From Acidobacteriota bacterium (GTDB taxonomy: Bacteria; Acidobacteriota; UBA890; WLXD01): 64,000 nucleotides of DNA. This document shows, piece after piece, positions 36,705 through 46,694 of the stretch. The translations under genes were made by a program, and so were the position numbers. The DNA is taken from contig JAJCXS010000147.1 of assembly GCA_029263335.1 (NCBI GenBank), positions 2,682-66,681 of the forward strand. The letters are read 5' to 3'. Position 1 is the first letter of the stretch. The number at the start of each line of letters is the position of its first letter. A model generated the notes under the pieces. It saw only the letters and a list, made by a program, of their open reading frames with translations, was not told where the DNA came from and made no database searches.

Positions 36705-38057
36705 TCAGATCCAGTAGCGCATGAGCAAGGCGGTTGCCGTTACAGCCCCACTCAACACGCCGTAAGCGGGCACGCCTGTTCGCAGTATCCGGTCCCGGGC
36801 CGCGGGTTCGAAAACTCTCGCGCCGATTGGCTGCAGCACGGATACTCCAACCATCGCGGCCAGCGGCACCAAGGGAATGAGATAACGGCCCACCAGCCCG
36901 ATCACCCAGGCGTTGCCTACCGGAGTGAAGGTCACGTACAGGGCACCGCCGATGATCGCCAGGGTGCCGGCACAAATCGCGGCGAGCCCCGCGATTTGTG
37001 CACCGCTCAGGCGATAGGCGCGCCGCGCCAATAGCGGAGACAGAGCCAATAGCACCAATGAAAGCACCTTGAAACTTGCGGGTAACCGCGTGTCGAGACT
37101 ACCAAGGTGGCCCACGACCTGGCTGAGGACCGACCCCCAGTACAGACTCAGCGTCTGCCAGGCGACCGACAGCCCCAGAAACGGGTTGGTGACGAGCTGC
37201 TCGAGTTGGACGCGCGGGTCCACTCCCGCGGGCAGGGGGAAGCCGGTGACTCCAGCTAGCCAAAAACTACTCATGGCGACTTGCACCACCGCGAACCCGC
37301 CCAACCATTTCCACCTTTGCTGCGGGTGACCCCAACGAGCAGCCGGAACTACGAGGATCGCCCATGGCAGTAGCCAATACCCCAGCTTCGTTAGAGAAAC
37401 TCCGATCGCGAGCAGGAAGTAGCCGGCGAGCTTCTTATTGTCGGCAACCTCCGAATTCTCGAGCTGCTGCGCTACCCAGGCGACCAGCAAGAAGCCGAGG
37501 CTGAGCGTTATCGCGTCGGCCGACAGACTGGCCATCTGAGTTACCACGGTGGGGAACAGAGCCAGTACGGCGAGTGTTGGTGCCAGCGAATCGCTCATGC
37601 GGAGCGAAACGCCGAGCAGCAGTGTGCCGATGAGCAGGTTGACCAGACGGCCCAGGTACATCAGCGCCAGCGGTCGCGGAGCGAACGGCTCGACAACCAC
37701 CATGGCGATCGCCGGGCCGAGATGGTTGATCGGCGGGTAGAGGGCGGCGGCGCCGAACGCGGCGAGGCTTTCGTCGTCGTCGATTCGCAGCTGCCACGCG
37801 TCGCTCAACAACTCGGGCGGATACTCGAGTTCGGGTCGGTGCCGGATTCCTCCGGTCGCCGTCTCGGCGAAGTCCACAATCGCCCGAGGCAGATAGTCCC
37901 TGCCCGAGCGGTCCGTGAAGCCACCGTGGCCAATCGAGTAGGCACGCAGGAAGTGCACAGGCTCGTCCGGCGGCTGCAACGGAGGGGTCAGGACCCCCGC
38001 ACTGATCCCGCACAGAAAGAAGATGCACTGGACTACGAGTCGCTCTCGGGCGTTCAT
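36705..38057 (-). CDS. DUF2142-family multi-TM protein (GT-C glycosyltransferase-like)
   Basis: PP.Q.PDE..HF.RAY, YPP, S.S.DA, K..Y, G..GRY.IP. Confidence 0.8.
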   Translation of the reverse strand: MNARERLVVQCIFFLCGISAGVLTPPLQPPDEPVHFLRAYSIGHGGFTDRSGRDYLPRAIVDFAETATGGIRHRPELEYPPELLSDAWQLRIDDDESLAAFGAAALYPPINHLGPAIAMVVVEPFAPRPLALMYLGRLVNLLIGTLLLGVSLRMSDSLAPTLAVLALFPTVVTQMASLSADAITLSLGFLLVAWVAQQLENSEVADNKKLAGYFLLAIGVSLTKLGYWLLPWAILVVPAARWGHPQQRWKWLGGFAVVQVAMSSFWLAGVTGFPLPAGVDPRVQLEQLVTNPFLGLSVAWQTLSLYWGSVLSQVVGHLGSLDTRLPASFKVLSLVLLALSPLLARRAYRLSGAQIAGLAAICAGTLAIIGGALYVTFTPVGNAWVIGLVGRYLIPLVPLAAMVGVSVLQPIGARVFEPAARDRILRTGVPAYGVLSGAVTATALLMRYWI

Positions 38058-38774
38058 TCAGCGCCGCACTCCCGCTGCCAACAGAAAGAACGGTCGCATG
38101 ATCGACCACCAGTCCAATACCGGGCGGATCTTCGAGAGCCTACCTTTGCCGAGGTGACCGTACTCGATGGTCACGGATACTTCCACGATGCGCAGTTTCT
38201 GTCGGCAGACCCAGAAGTGGATGTAGTGCTCTAACTCGTACTGATTCAGCCACGATTGGTGCAGGTTGATCTGCGGCGACTCGAAGATGTCCAAGCGGTA
38301 AGCGCGGTACCCGCAGGTGATGTCGGTGTTGTCGTGAGCCGTGAGTCGGTTGGCGATCCATGTCGCGATGGGAATCGCGAAGCGGCGAAACCTCGGCAGG
38401 TCGCCGCCGGGGTCGGCTTTCAGGAAACGGCTGCCCTGCACGTAGTCCGCGTTGCCCTCGGTGATCGGTGCCGTGATGGCGGGCAGCTCTTCGGGGCGCA
38501 TCTTGCCGTTGGACGACATGATCACCACGAAGTCGTAGTCGTGTGCCACCGCGTGGTCGATCCCGGTGCGGATAGCGGCCCCGACGCCACGATTCGTTCC
38601 GTGTCGCAGTACGGCAACGCCCATTGCCTCTGCGAGCTCGGGTGACCCATCTGTCGAGCCGTCATCGACCAGGACGGCGTCGAGGCCACGTGCCGCGTGC
38701 GCGCGCAACCGCGTCAGGAACCGTTCGATCTCGAGAGCCTGGTCGTAATTGACGACAACAACGAGGCCCCGCAT
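38058..38774 (-). CDS. Glycosyltransferase family 2 (polyprenol-phosphate sugar synthase-like)
   Basis: VDDGSTDGS, NRGVGAA, GSRFL, TDITCGYRAY. Confidence 0.88.
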   Translation of the reverse strand: MRGLVVVVNYDQALEIERFLTRLRAHAARGLDAVLVDDGSTDGSPELAEAMGVAVLRHGTNRGVGAAIRTGIDHAVAHDYDFVVIMSSNGKMRPEELPAITAPITEGNADYVQGSRFLKADPGGDLPRFRRFAIPIATWIANRLTAHDNTDITCGYRAYRLDIFESPQINLHQSWLNQYELEHYIHFWVCRQKLRIVEVSVTIEYGHLGKGRLSKIRPVLDWWSIMRPFFLLAAGVRR

Positions 38775-39397
38775 CAGGTATTCGCGCCCGATGCGGAATC
38801 GCCGGGGTGGTTCTCAGTGATGACGGCGCGTGCCAGAGCAACGACCTCCGGCTCGAGCTTCTCGTGACAGCAGTCGCGCAGCAGCTCAGCCGGGCGCGTG
38901 CCCAGAGGCATCTGGGTCTCGCCACAGCTGCACAGCATCTTGTTGGCCTTAACACCCGATCCGAAGCCGACCGCCAGGTGAAATGGCGGCACCGAATGCG
39001 TGAGGACGGTTCCTGCGCCCACCATCGCGAAGGCCCCCACGGTGACGCCGCAGGTGATGATCGCGCCGGCGCCGATGGCCGCGCCAGCGTGCACGAAAGT
39101 TGAAACGGGTTGCCACGAGCGGGTGCCCGCACGCGGGTAGCGATCGTTGGTGAACACAACGGCCGGGCCGATGAACGCCCAGGGCCCAATCTCCACACCC
39201 GCGTACACATTGACGCTGTTCTGGATACGACTGCCCTCACGAATCGTCACGCCAGGGTCGACGTACACATCGCGCCCGAGAGACACGCGATCACAGACTT
39301 TCGCCGTGGCGCGTACGTGGCAGTGATGCCAGATGGTGACGTCGCGTCCGATCTCCGCACCGTCTTCGATAATCGCGGTCGGGTGGATTCGTGTCAT
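38774..39397 (-). CDS. Hexapeptide-repeat sugar N-acyltransferase (WbpD-like)
   Basis: IHPTAIIE, IWH..HV, IQN.V.VY, FIGP.VVFTND..PR. Confidence 0.85.
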   Translation of the reverse strand: MTRIHPTAIIEDGAEIGRDVTIWHHCHVRATAKVCDRVSLGRDVYVDPGVTIREGSRIQNSVNVYAGVEIGPWAFIGPAVVFTNDRYPRAGTRSWQPVSTFVHAGAAIGAGAIITCGVTVGAFAMVGAGTVLTHSVPPFHLAVGFGSGVKANKMLCSCGETQMPLGTRPAELLRDCCHEKLEPEVVALARAVITENHPGDSASGANT

Positions 39398-39570
39398 CGG
39401 CACTCCGGGCGCGGAGGACAGATTTCGCAGCGTATCAGGCTCGCGGCCCGCGGGGGGGGGAGCTGCCTCGATAACGGTCGGCGTTATGCCAGCGGCGGCG
39501 CAAGACACTACGATCAAGAGACTACGATGAGGAATCGAGGGCCGCTGGCGAAACTGGAGAGGTGTCGCGC

Positions 39571-40017
39571 ATGAGCGATCAACACGACAGCAAGAACGAC
39601 TTGTCGCATTTGACCGAAACGCAGCGCCGAGTCACTCAGGATAGCGGCACCGAACCGCCTTTCGACAACGAGTTCTGGGACAACCATGAACCGGGGATCT
39701 ATGTCGACATCGTGAGCGGGGAGCCGCTGTTCGCGTCGACGCACAAGTACGATTCCGGCTGTGGCTGGCCGAGCTTCACCGCCGCGCTGACCGCGGACCA
39801 TGTCAACGAGCTTACGGATGATAGTCACGGCATGGTGCGCACCGAGGTGCGTTCGACGACGGCCGACTCGCACCTCGGTCACGTGTTCGAAGATGGGCCC
39901 GGGCCGACGGGGCTACGCTACTGCATTAACTCGGCCGCTCTCCGGTTCGTTCCGCTGGATGATCTCGAGAGCGAGGGCTTCGGCGAGTACCTGCACCTCT
40001 TCAAGTCAAAGAGCTAG
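39571..40017 (+). CDS. msrB: Peptide-methionine (R)-S-oxide reductase
   Basis: [32 protein letters not shown]. Lacks the CxxC zinc motifs. Confidence 0.95.
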   Translation: MSDQHDSKNDLSHLTETQRRVTQDSGTEPPFDNEFWDNHEPGIYVDIVSGEPLFASTHKYDSGCGWPSFTAALTADHVNELTDDSHGMVRTEVRSTTADSHLGHVFEDGPGPTGLRYCINSAALRFVPLDDLESEGFGEYLHLFKSKS

Positions 40018-42707
40018 CCGCTGTTCTTGAGCGCCTCGTGTGGCGCGATGCGAAGCGCGCGCAGCGTCGGCGCGAGGCATGCGGGAATCCCGACCAGCAC
40101 TACGACGCCAATGGCCGTGAACAAGGTCAGTAGCACCGGGGACTGGGCGGCCGGGCCACCTTCGTCGGGTGCTGAGTTCGCGAGAAGGAGGGCCAGGGGC
40201 AGGCCCAGCGCGATTCCGACCGCGAACTGGCCCATCGCGCGTTTCGCCACGGTGAAGGCGATGTCGCGTCGCTGCGCCCCGATCGCCGAGCGGAGTGCGA
40301 GTTCCGCGCTCCGCTCGGTTACCGAGAATGACAGGATTGCGTAGACACCCGAGGCCGCGAGCACCAGCAGCACGGCCACGAGAACGCCGCTGCCGAGACT
40401 CACAGCCTGCATCACGTACCAGTCTCCCTCGACCACCTGATCGAGTGCCATCGGCGTGGCGATGACTGCCAGGGGGTCCACCTCGTGCAGGATCGCACGC
40501 AGTCGCGGCGCGAACGCAAGGGGATCGTCGCCCACGTGAATCGCCAGTCGTACCGGGTTGGCGTCTCCGGGCGCGAGCGGGTGATAGATGCCCTCGCCCG
40601 AGAACGGCCTTACGAGCGTCATGCCGAGATTGTCGACCAGGCCGACGACCTCGTGCCACGGACCGGGCTTGCCATCGGGGCCCTGCCGATGACGAAGGCG
40701 TCGCCCGATGGGGTTGATTCCACCCAGTACGTTTTCCACGAACGGCGTGTTGACGATTACGACGTGGCTGTTGTCGCCAAGATCGCCGGCCTGGAAGCCG
40801 CGACCCGCCAGGACGGGCTGCTCCAGCGCTTCGAAGAAACCGATGTCGACGTTCGCTGAGCGGACTCTGTACGCCACCGGTTCTCCCTCGGTAGCGTCGC
40901 CTTCGATCTCGATCCAGCGGGCGGCGTGGTCCATGCGCGGTAGCGCCGTGGCGACGCCGACGCCGCGAATGCCGCCCTCGGCGTTCAGACGATCAACCAG
41001 GGCGATCTGGGTAGCGCCCATGCGGGCCGCCAGGGCACCGGAGTCGGATGACCCTGCTCCCGTGGCCGCCTCGATTCCAGGGATCGCAAGCTGCGCCGAC
41101 AGATACTGGTCGACCGGAATTCCGGCGACGTCGTCGGTGCCCGCGATGTTCTTCACCACGTCGGCCATGGTGAGGGCGAAGCCCACGATCGCCACCGCCA
41201 GCGCCACGTCGGCAACGATCAGGACACCGGAAACGCCACCATATCGGGTGCCGGTTCGTTGCGAGCGAGAGCGTTCGATGTTCGCGCGAATGCCCTGCCC
41301 GGTGAGCTTGAGGGCGGGCACAACGCCGACCCCAGCGGCGCTGAAGACGGCCAAGGCAAACGCCCACGACGCCGTCCACGGCGTGACGCTCAGGTCCACC
41401 CAGTAGGGAAGCTGCCCGTCCGCGAGTCGATGCATGAGGGGGCTCAGAGCCTGGTCGATCAGTAGCAGGCCAAACCCGGCGGCCAGAACAGCAAGTACCA
41501 GCGACTCAACGAACATCTGCCCGACGATGCGACTCCGCGCTGCGCCCAAAGCGGTTCGTATCGCCAGCTCGGTGGCGCGGTTCGAGTTGCGCGCGAACAT
41601 GAGCATGCCGACGTTCGCGCACGCAACGCTGAGAAGAACCAGGGTCAGGAGCTGGGCAACGTAGAAGTCGGGCTGACCGCGCATGCCGCTCTTCGCCAAA
41701 CCGAAGGCCAGCAACGCGAAGGGCGTCACCTCGGCGCGGAGCCGCGCGTGCGCCTCCGGAAACTGCGTTGCCATGGGTCCGTCGATGGCCAGCAGCTCCG
41801 CCTCGGCAGTGGTCGCATCCGTACCCGCGGCCAGGCGCCCGAAGATGTTGAGCGCGCGGCCGTGCCGGGGCTCTTGCGCCGGGTTCTCCCGCAGCGGTAG
41901 CCATAGCTGATGTTGCACGGGAAACCGGAAGCTGTCCGGCATGACGCCGACGATGCGATGCGCGCGATCACCGATCTGCAGTGTCCGCTGTAAGACGTCA
42001 GGGTCTCCTGCGAGTCGCGACTGCCAGAAGGTGTGGCCGATGACGACTACCGCAGGTGCATCGACGTCTTCGTCGGCCGGTTGCAGGGTCCTGCCGAGCA
42101 GGGGACGCGTACGCAGGATCTCGAACGCCGACGCCGTGGCTTCAGCGCCCGACGACGGGGCTACACGCTCGCCTTCCACCAGCACGTTGAAGGCTCCCGT
42201 CCGGAACGCGCCGAGCGTTTGGAACGAGGTCATCGCGCCGCGCCAACGGTCGTAGTCGTACATCGTCGTGCGATCGGTGCCGCTGGTCGCGGTATTCCAG
42301 TACCGAAGCAGCCGAATCTGGTCGCCGTCCTCGACAGGGAGCGGAGCCTCGAGGGCGTTGAACACGTGGAATGGGGCCAGCCCGGTCGGAATTCCGAGCG
42401 TGAGCGTTGCCGCCGCGACCAGCGAGAGTGACGGGTGTTTTACCAGCATCCGCACACCCGTCTTGACGTCCAAACGAGATATCGGCAGGTAGACCCGGAG
42501 TCCGCGTGCGCGCCACATCGCCATCGCCGACCCGACGACGTTGGTCGCGTAGCGCCAGTGCGCCCGCCGCGTCGGTATGCCGCTATCGAGGTCGTGTTGC
42601 AGCGCGTCGTCCAGATCGCGCAGCACGAAGGGAGCCTCGTGGCCTCGGATGCTGAGCATCGCCAGACGGCGCAGCACGGCCCGCACGGAGAAGCGTGGCG
42701 CCGTCAT
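40014..42707 (-). CDS. ADOP-like duplicated ABC permease
   Basis: [40 protein letters not shown] overlaps the PadR stop. Confidence 0.88.
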   Translation of the reverse strand: MTAPRFSVRAVLRRLAMLSIRGHEAPFVLRDLDDALQHDLDSGIPTRRAHWRYATNVVGSAMAMWRARGLRVYLPISRLDVKTGVRMLVKHPSLSLVAAATLTLGIPTGLAPFHVFNALEAPLPVEDGDQIRLLRYWNTATSGTDRTTMYDYDRWRGAMTSFQTLGAFRTGAFNVLVEGERVAPSSGAEATASAFEILRTRPLLGRTLQPADEDVDAPAVVVIGHTFWQSRLAGDPDVLQRTLQIGDRAHRIVGVMPDSFRFPVQHQLWLPLRENPAQEPRHGRALNIFGRLAAGTDATTAEAELLAIDGPMATQFPEAHARLRAEVTPFALLAFGLAKSGMRGQPDFYVAQLLTLVLLSVACANVGMLMFARNSNRATELAIRTALGAARSRIVGQMFVESLVLAVLAAGFGLLLIDQALSPLMHRLADGQLPYWVDLSVTPWTASWAFALAVFSAAGVGVVPALKLTGQGIRANIERSRSQRTGTRYGGVSGVLIVADVALAVAIVGFALTMADVVKNIAGTDDVAGIPVDQYLSAQLAIPGIEAATGAGSSDSGALAARMGATQIALVDRLNAEGGIRGVGVATALPRMDHAARWIEIEGDATEGEPVAYRVRSANVDIGFFEALEQPVLAGRGFQAGDLGDNSHVVIVNTPFVENVLGGINPIGRRLRHRQGPDGKPGPWHEVVGLVDNLGMTLVRPFSGEGIYHPLAPGDANPVRLAIHVGDDPLAFAPRLRAILHEVDPLAVIATPMALDQVVEGDWYVMQAVSLGSGVLVAVLLVLAASGVYAILSFSVTERSAELALRSAIGAQRRDIAFTVAKRAMGQFAVGIALGLPLALLLANSAPDEGGPAAQSPVLLTLFTAIGVVVLVGIPACLAPTLRALRIAPHEALKNSG

Positions 42708-43048
42708 CGTTCTTGCGCCAGCTTGTCGAGCTGGGCGAGCAGTCCGCCCGCCATCGCCTGGATGGTCGAGTAGGTTTCCTGCAGCGCGCGCGCGCCAGTC
42801 GGCTCCAGCCGATAGTACTTGCGTGGCCGTCCCACCTGGCCGGCCGTTGTTGCGCCGACGCGGGCATTCACCATGCCGCGGTCCGCGAGTCTCCCGAGAG
42901 CCGTGTAGATCGCCCCGGAAGATGCCGTGCGCCCCGTGCGCTCCTCGATACACTGCCGGATCGCACCGCCGTACGCGTTGTCACCGAGCTCCACGACGGC
43001 GAAGAGAATCAACTGTTCGAACTCACCTAGATAGCTCAATGCCGGCAT
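42704..43048 (-). CDS. PadR-family regulator
   Basis: LGEFEQLILFAV, GAIYTAL.RL..RG, GRPRKYY. Confidence 0.9.
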   Translation of the reverse strand: MPALSYLGEFEQLILFAVVELGDNAYGGAIRQCIEERTGRTASSGAIYTALGRLADRGMVNARVGATTAGQVGRPRKYYRLEPTGARALQETYSTIQAMAGGLLAQLDKLAQER

Positions 43049-43096
43049 CCTGAATCGGGGAACGCGGTGCGTTGTCCGTCGCGCTCAGTAGATTTT

Positions 43097-43131
43097 ACTA
43101 CGGTGTAGTTAAAGTAATACTACACTGTAGC
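43097..43131. promoter_or_regulatory. Two CTAC-N3-GTAG palindromes, 22 bp apart (candidate PadR operators)
   Basis: ACTACggtGTAGT at 43097-43109 and CTACactGTAG at 43120-43130, in an AT-rich patch upstream of padR. Confidence 0.6.
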
Positions 43132-43267
43132 TAAATGCGCCAGCGACGATCCATCGGAAGCCCATTGGGCGAGTAGACACCAGGCGGGACGGTGTTCGAC
43201 GACGTGAACGCGTCGAGCCTCACCGGATGGATCCCGCACCGACCCTGACGCGGGCTACTATGGCGGC

Positions 43268-43453
43268 ATGATGAAACGTGGAACCGGCACCGGCATGGGC
43301 ATCGCACTCGGAGTGGCGCTTGGAGCGGCGTTCGGCGACGTGGGCCTCGGTCTTGCTCTCGGCCTCGCCATCGGCGCGGCCTTGGATGGCGCGAATCATG
43401 TCGCTGCCGGCAAGACCGACGGCGGCGAAGCAGACAACGACGGCGCCCGCTGA
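43268..43453 (+). CDS. Small glycine-zipper membrane protein
   Basis: GMGIALGVALGAAFG..GLGLALGLAIGAAL. Confidence 0.65.
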   Translation: MMKRGTGTGMGIALGVALGAAFGDVGLGLALGLAIGAALDGANHVAAGKTDGGEADNDGAR

Positions 43454-43477
43454 CGCACCGACCGTTCGCTACACGCA

Positions 43478-43523
43478 CGAAACCCCCGCAAGCAGCCGTT
43501 CCTGAGCTGCCAGCGAGGGTTCG
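43478..43523. terminator. Hairpin/terminator, probably the original downstream terminator of tRNA-Glu
   Basis: AACCCCCGC.AGCAGC...GCTGC.AGCGAGGGTT imperfect inverted repeat just outside the left att repeat. Confidence 0.55.
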
Positions 43524-43537
43524 ATCTCCCGCGAACG

Positions 43538-43552
43538 GGAAGGTAGCCCTAA
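43538..43552 (+). repeat. att core, left copy
   Basis: Identical to 52472-52486. Confidence 0.88.
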
Positions 43553-43916
43553 TGTCTCCGAGTTGGAACAACCTGGCGGCATGGCTCCTAGCGGTCGAGG
43601 AACTCCAGCCGGCGGCATCTGCATGCTGAGAGAGCCCCGAAGTCAGTCGGATGCCTTTCCCTACATGTTCCCTACCGGGATATGAACCATGTATGGCAAG
43701 CAAGTGCGGGAGCCCCTGCAAGAGCCGCGTAACCGCTGTGTAGCCACTAAGTGCGGCAGTCCTCTGCCAGACCGCTCGAATGAGCGGGATAGCGAGCGCC
43801 TGCTGCGCGGTGAGACCATCGCCGGTGATGAATTCATGGCCAACTAGGTGGCGGAGAGCTTCAGCGGCGGTCGCCCCCGGCGAAGCCCAGAGCGATTCGT
43901 CAGCTGTTGGCTCATG

Positions 43917-44660
43917 TTATGCGGACTCGCTCGGCGCGCCTCCGAAGAGATGCTCGATCAAGCCCGCAGCGAACGGGAGCGCTCGTAGGAGTTGGTGAGT
44001 GTCCACTAGCTTCTTCGCGTGCGCGTGAAGGGCAGGCTCATCGCCAACAGGTATGTTCCGCACAGTGGATTCCCCGGTGCGTGTGTCGATGACGCGCACC
44101 TTGCCGGCAGTGGTCTGAGCCGTGATCTTCTTGATGTTGTAGTGGCTGTACGGATTGCGCACCTCATCCTTGAACCGCAGGAGTTCCTCGCGGAGGTGCT
44201 CCGAGATGATCCCGGCCTTGCGAGCACGAAGCACGGCAGGGTGGAACGTCATGCTCTCAAACTCGTCCCATTTCTCGGCGTCGTAAGCCCACTTTCCGAG
44301 TTCGGCCTTGTAGGTAGCCTGTTTCAATGCGAATTCAACGAGGATACCGAGCAGAGTCACCGCGGCGCCGTGCAAGCCGAAAATCGCACACTCGATGATC
44401 TCGTTCCAAAGAAAGCCCAGGTTTGGCTGGATGTGTTGAGGGATCTCAGGGAGATGCGGGATCAACACGGAGGCCGCCCTCCGACGGGTCTTGAATAGCC
44501 GGTCGAGGGTCTCTTCGGGCGGCAGCTCGGTCGGAGGATCGAACTCGACACCGGCATCCTTCAGATCGTCCAGCGCGCCGGGGCCAGCAACGATTACATC
44601 AGACCCCTTGGCCATCTTCTCGATCACGTCGGCTAGATTCGGCGGCTCCTTGTCCGTCAT
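43917..44660 (-). CDS. HEPN-like (DUF4145/Abi-like) protein
   Basis: AAVTL.G..VE..L helix and RNPYSH (Rx4H) motif; strong AAGGAGG RBS. Confidence 0.65.
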   Translation of the reverse strand: MTDKEPPNLADVIEKMAKGSDVIVAGPGALDDLKDAGVEFDPPTELPPEETLDRLFKTRRRAASVLIPHLPEIPQHIQPNLGFLWNEIIECAIFGLHGAAVTLLGILVEFALKQATYKAELGKWAYDAEKWDEFESMTFHPAVLRARKAGIISEHLREELLRFKDEVRNPYSHYNIKKITAQTTAGKVRVIDTRTGESTVRNIPVGDEPALHAHAKKLVDTHQLLRALPFAAGLIEHLFGGAPSESA

Positions 44661-44870
44661 GCCCCCTCCTTTTCCGCATCATGGCTCAGAGCCTCAGCTG
44701 CAGCGCGGCGGCTCCCTCTAGTAGGAACTGCGAAGGCTCTGGATTTCCGAATTGTTCGGAGTGTTTAGCGCCGCCGGCTTCGGGCTCATGTTGTCCATCC
44801 GGCGCTGTTGCGATGAAGCCGCTACCGGAGACGAAGGATCGGACTCTCGAATGAGCCGGCCGCGCTGGTT

Positions 44871-46571
44871 TCAGAAGTTCAGTCCCAAGAGCCCCAGCAT
44901 CCATTCGAGGACCGAGCCATCAAGAGGTACCAAGCCGAGCGTCAGCACTACGAGGGCGACGGTCAGACCTACGAGGATCAGTGTGAGCCGCCCCACCTTC
45001 CCTTGCAGGTGCACATTCTCAATCGTGCCGCGGACCGTCCCGTGCTGCAGGAGGAGATCTCGCAACAGTCGCTCCAACTGCGTTAGGCGGACGCTTCGCC
45101 GGAACACGCTCGTACGCAGCGCTTCGGCGAGTGTCGTGTCCGCCGAATAGAGTTCCGACACCACCGGCTCGAATCGGCCAACCTCGGACTCGAAAGTTCC
45201 ATCGTCCGCAGCGATCTGCTCGAGGTCCGCAACAGTCGTCGCAACGTCCAAGCAAACCGACAAGTCTCCGTAGAGACCGGGCAGAGACCTGTGGGCCATC
45301 TCCTCGGCGCTACTCGGGAGACGAGCATCCCGAAGCACTTGGAGTCGCTCCTCGTACGTTGTAATCAGGGCGAGGGTCGCCCAGCGGCTGAGTAGGCCGG
45401 TCAGGTGCCCGTTCGTGGAGCTCGTGAGAGCGTGCTGAAGGTTGCCGCTGTAGTTCCGGAGATCCCCCTCGGACAAGTTGTCTTCGTGCAGCGTGGCCGC
45501 TGCGTGGAACCGCGAGCCCTCGTATCCCAGCAACGGCCAGGCGAACCGCAGGCCAGGATACGATTTGCTCGCCCAAGCATCCGAGTCAGCCTGCATGTTG
45601 AGCAACATGAGCCAGTCGGGGGTTGGACGTGCGTCGACGAACGGCTCGGTCCCAGTAAACGTCACGAGTTCGCACGTCGGCAGCGCGTCGCCGTCTGTTC
45701 CTTCCGTGAAGACACCGGGAAGATGCTCTCGGAACCAGTACGCGGCGCGCTTACGCCACTCATCGCGGTGTTTCCAGATCTCAGCGCTCTTCTGATTCCC
45801 CGAACTGAGTAGTCGGAGGTGTTTGGAGTCAGGAGGGGCCGCTTGGTGTCGCCGGTCCCGCCGCAGTATCTGCTCGTAGCGGCCGGTTGCCTGCTCGTTT
45901 AGGACGAACCCGACGACGATCGCAGTTACCGATGCGGAGAGGCCATACATCGTTGCCATCGCGTGATCCACGTCTCTGGGAAGTGGGACATTGCGCGTCC
46001 CCCACCACGACGTAGCCCCTGGTTCCCGGAGGGGCCCGAGGTTGTACCAGCCGCCACCAAACGGGGCCCCGCGTAGACTCTTGAGATGGGATGTGGGCGT
46101 GCTTCCGGCTATCCCGGGATCCTCGGTCGTCCAACCGAGATCTTCGAAGCTCTGAGCCAACCTCGCCGCATGCGGCGGCGCGTAGAGCTCCACGGCCCAG
46201 ACGCAACGCAGGTGGATGGAGTCATCCTCGCCCGGCGTGGTTCTGCGGTTGTCTTCTTCGTCAAACTCTCGAGTCTCACGCAGCAGCTCGCGCATATCCG
46301 GGTGCCGGACGAGGCGCGGCAGGTAGTGGTGGAGCGTCTCGTGGCATTGCCGCCGAGTCCGGGTAGCGATCGAAGCGAACCGTGTTCCGGCCTTCCGTGT
46401 CCCTCTCCATATCGTCTCCCAGAGGCGTGTGACCAGCGCAGCGGCCCGTGAGTAGGCGCGTCCAACTCCACTCCGAATCAACTTCCAAGTGCGTGTGGCT
46501 CGCGCAGCAAGCCACGCCTTGGCCTGTCGAACACCGCTCCACATCGAGTCCCGGATGCTACGCAGGCTCAT
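44871..46571 (-). CDS. Hypothetical membrane protein with C-terminal coiled coil and TM segments
   Basis: 566-aa ORF; C-terminus ENVHLQGKVGRLTLILVGLTVALVVLTLGLV. Confidence 0.6.
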   Translation of the reverse strand: MSLRSIRDSMWSGVRQAKAWLAARATRTWKLIRSGVGRAYSRAAALVTRLWETIWRGTRKAGTRFASIATRTRRQCHETLHHYLPRLVRHPDMRELLRETREFDEEDNRRTTPGEDDSIHLRCVWAVELYAPPHAARLAQSFEDLGWTTEDPGIAGSTPTSHLKSLRGAPFGGGWYNLGPLREPGATSWWGTRNVPLPRDVDHAMATMYGLSASVTAIVVGFVLNEQATGRYEQILRRDRRHQAAPPDSKHLRLLSSGNQKSAEIWKHRDEWRKRAAYWFREHLPGVFTEGTDGDALPTCELVTFTGTEPFVDARPTPDWLMLLNMQADSDAWASKSYPGLRFAWPLLGYEGSRFHAAATLHEDNLSEGDLRNYSGNLQHALTSSTNGHLTGLLSRWATLALITTYEERLQVLRDARLPSSAEEMAHRSLPGLYGDLSVCLDVATTVADLEQIAADDGTFESEVGRFEPVVSELYSADTTLAEALRTSVFRRSVRLTQLERLLRDLLLQHGTVRGTIENVHLQGKVGRLTLILVGLTVALVVLTLGLVPLDGSVLEWMLGLLGLNF

Positions 46572-46694
46572 GGTTCCAGGAGTGACTGAGTGAGCCGGTC
46601 GGCGAGACTGCCGCGTGACAAGAGCGCCACGTGCCCTCCGAATGTTTGAGTGCTAGCAACCGCGCAGAGGATCTGCAACGTTTGTGGTCGGGCC

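Noticed and set aside
39571-40017. MsrB as a second selenoprotein
   Set aside because: The catalytic residue is encoded by TGC (RYCINS); there is no in-frame TGA.
40014-42953. Longest-ORF starts for several genes (42953, 8312, 54192, 57244, 34261, 39517, 20750, 4017, 4496)
   Set aside because: The extensions overlap neighbouring genes or lack family-like sequence; downstream starts fit RBS, signal peptides or ATGA coupling better.
46572-46694. Additional attC site between the two large cargo genes
   Set aside because: Only a weak GCCCGAC...GTTGCAG resemblance, with no complementary R'/L' boxes.
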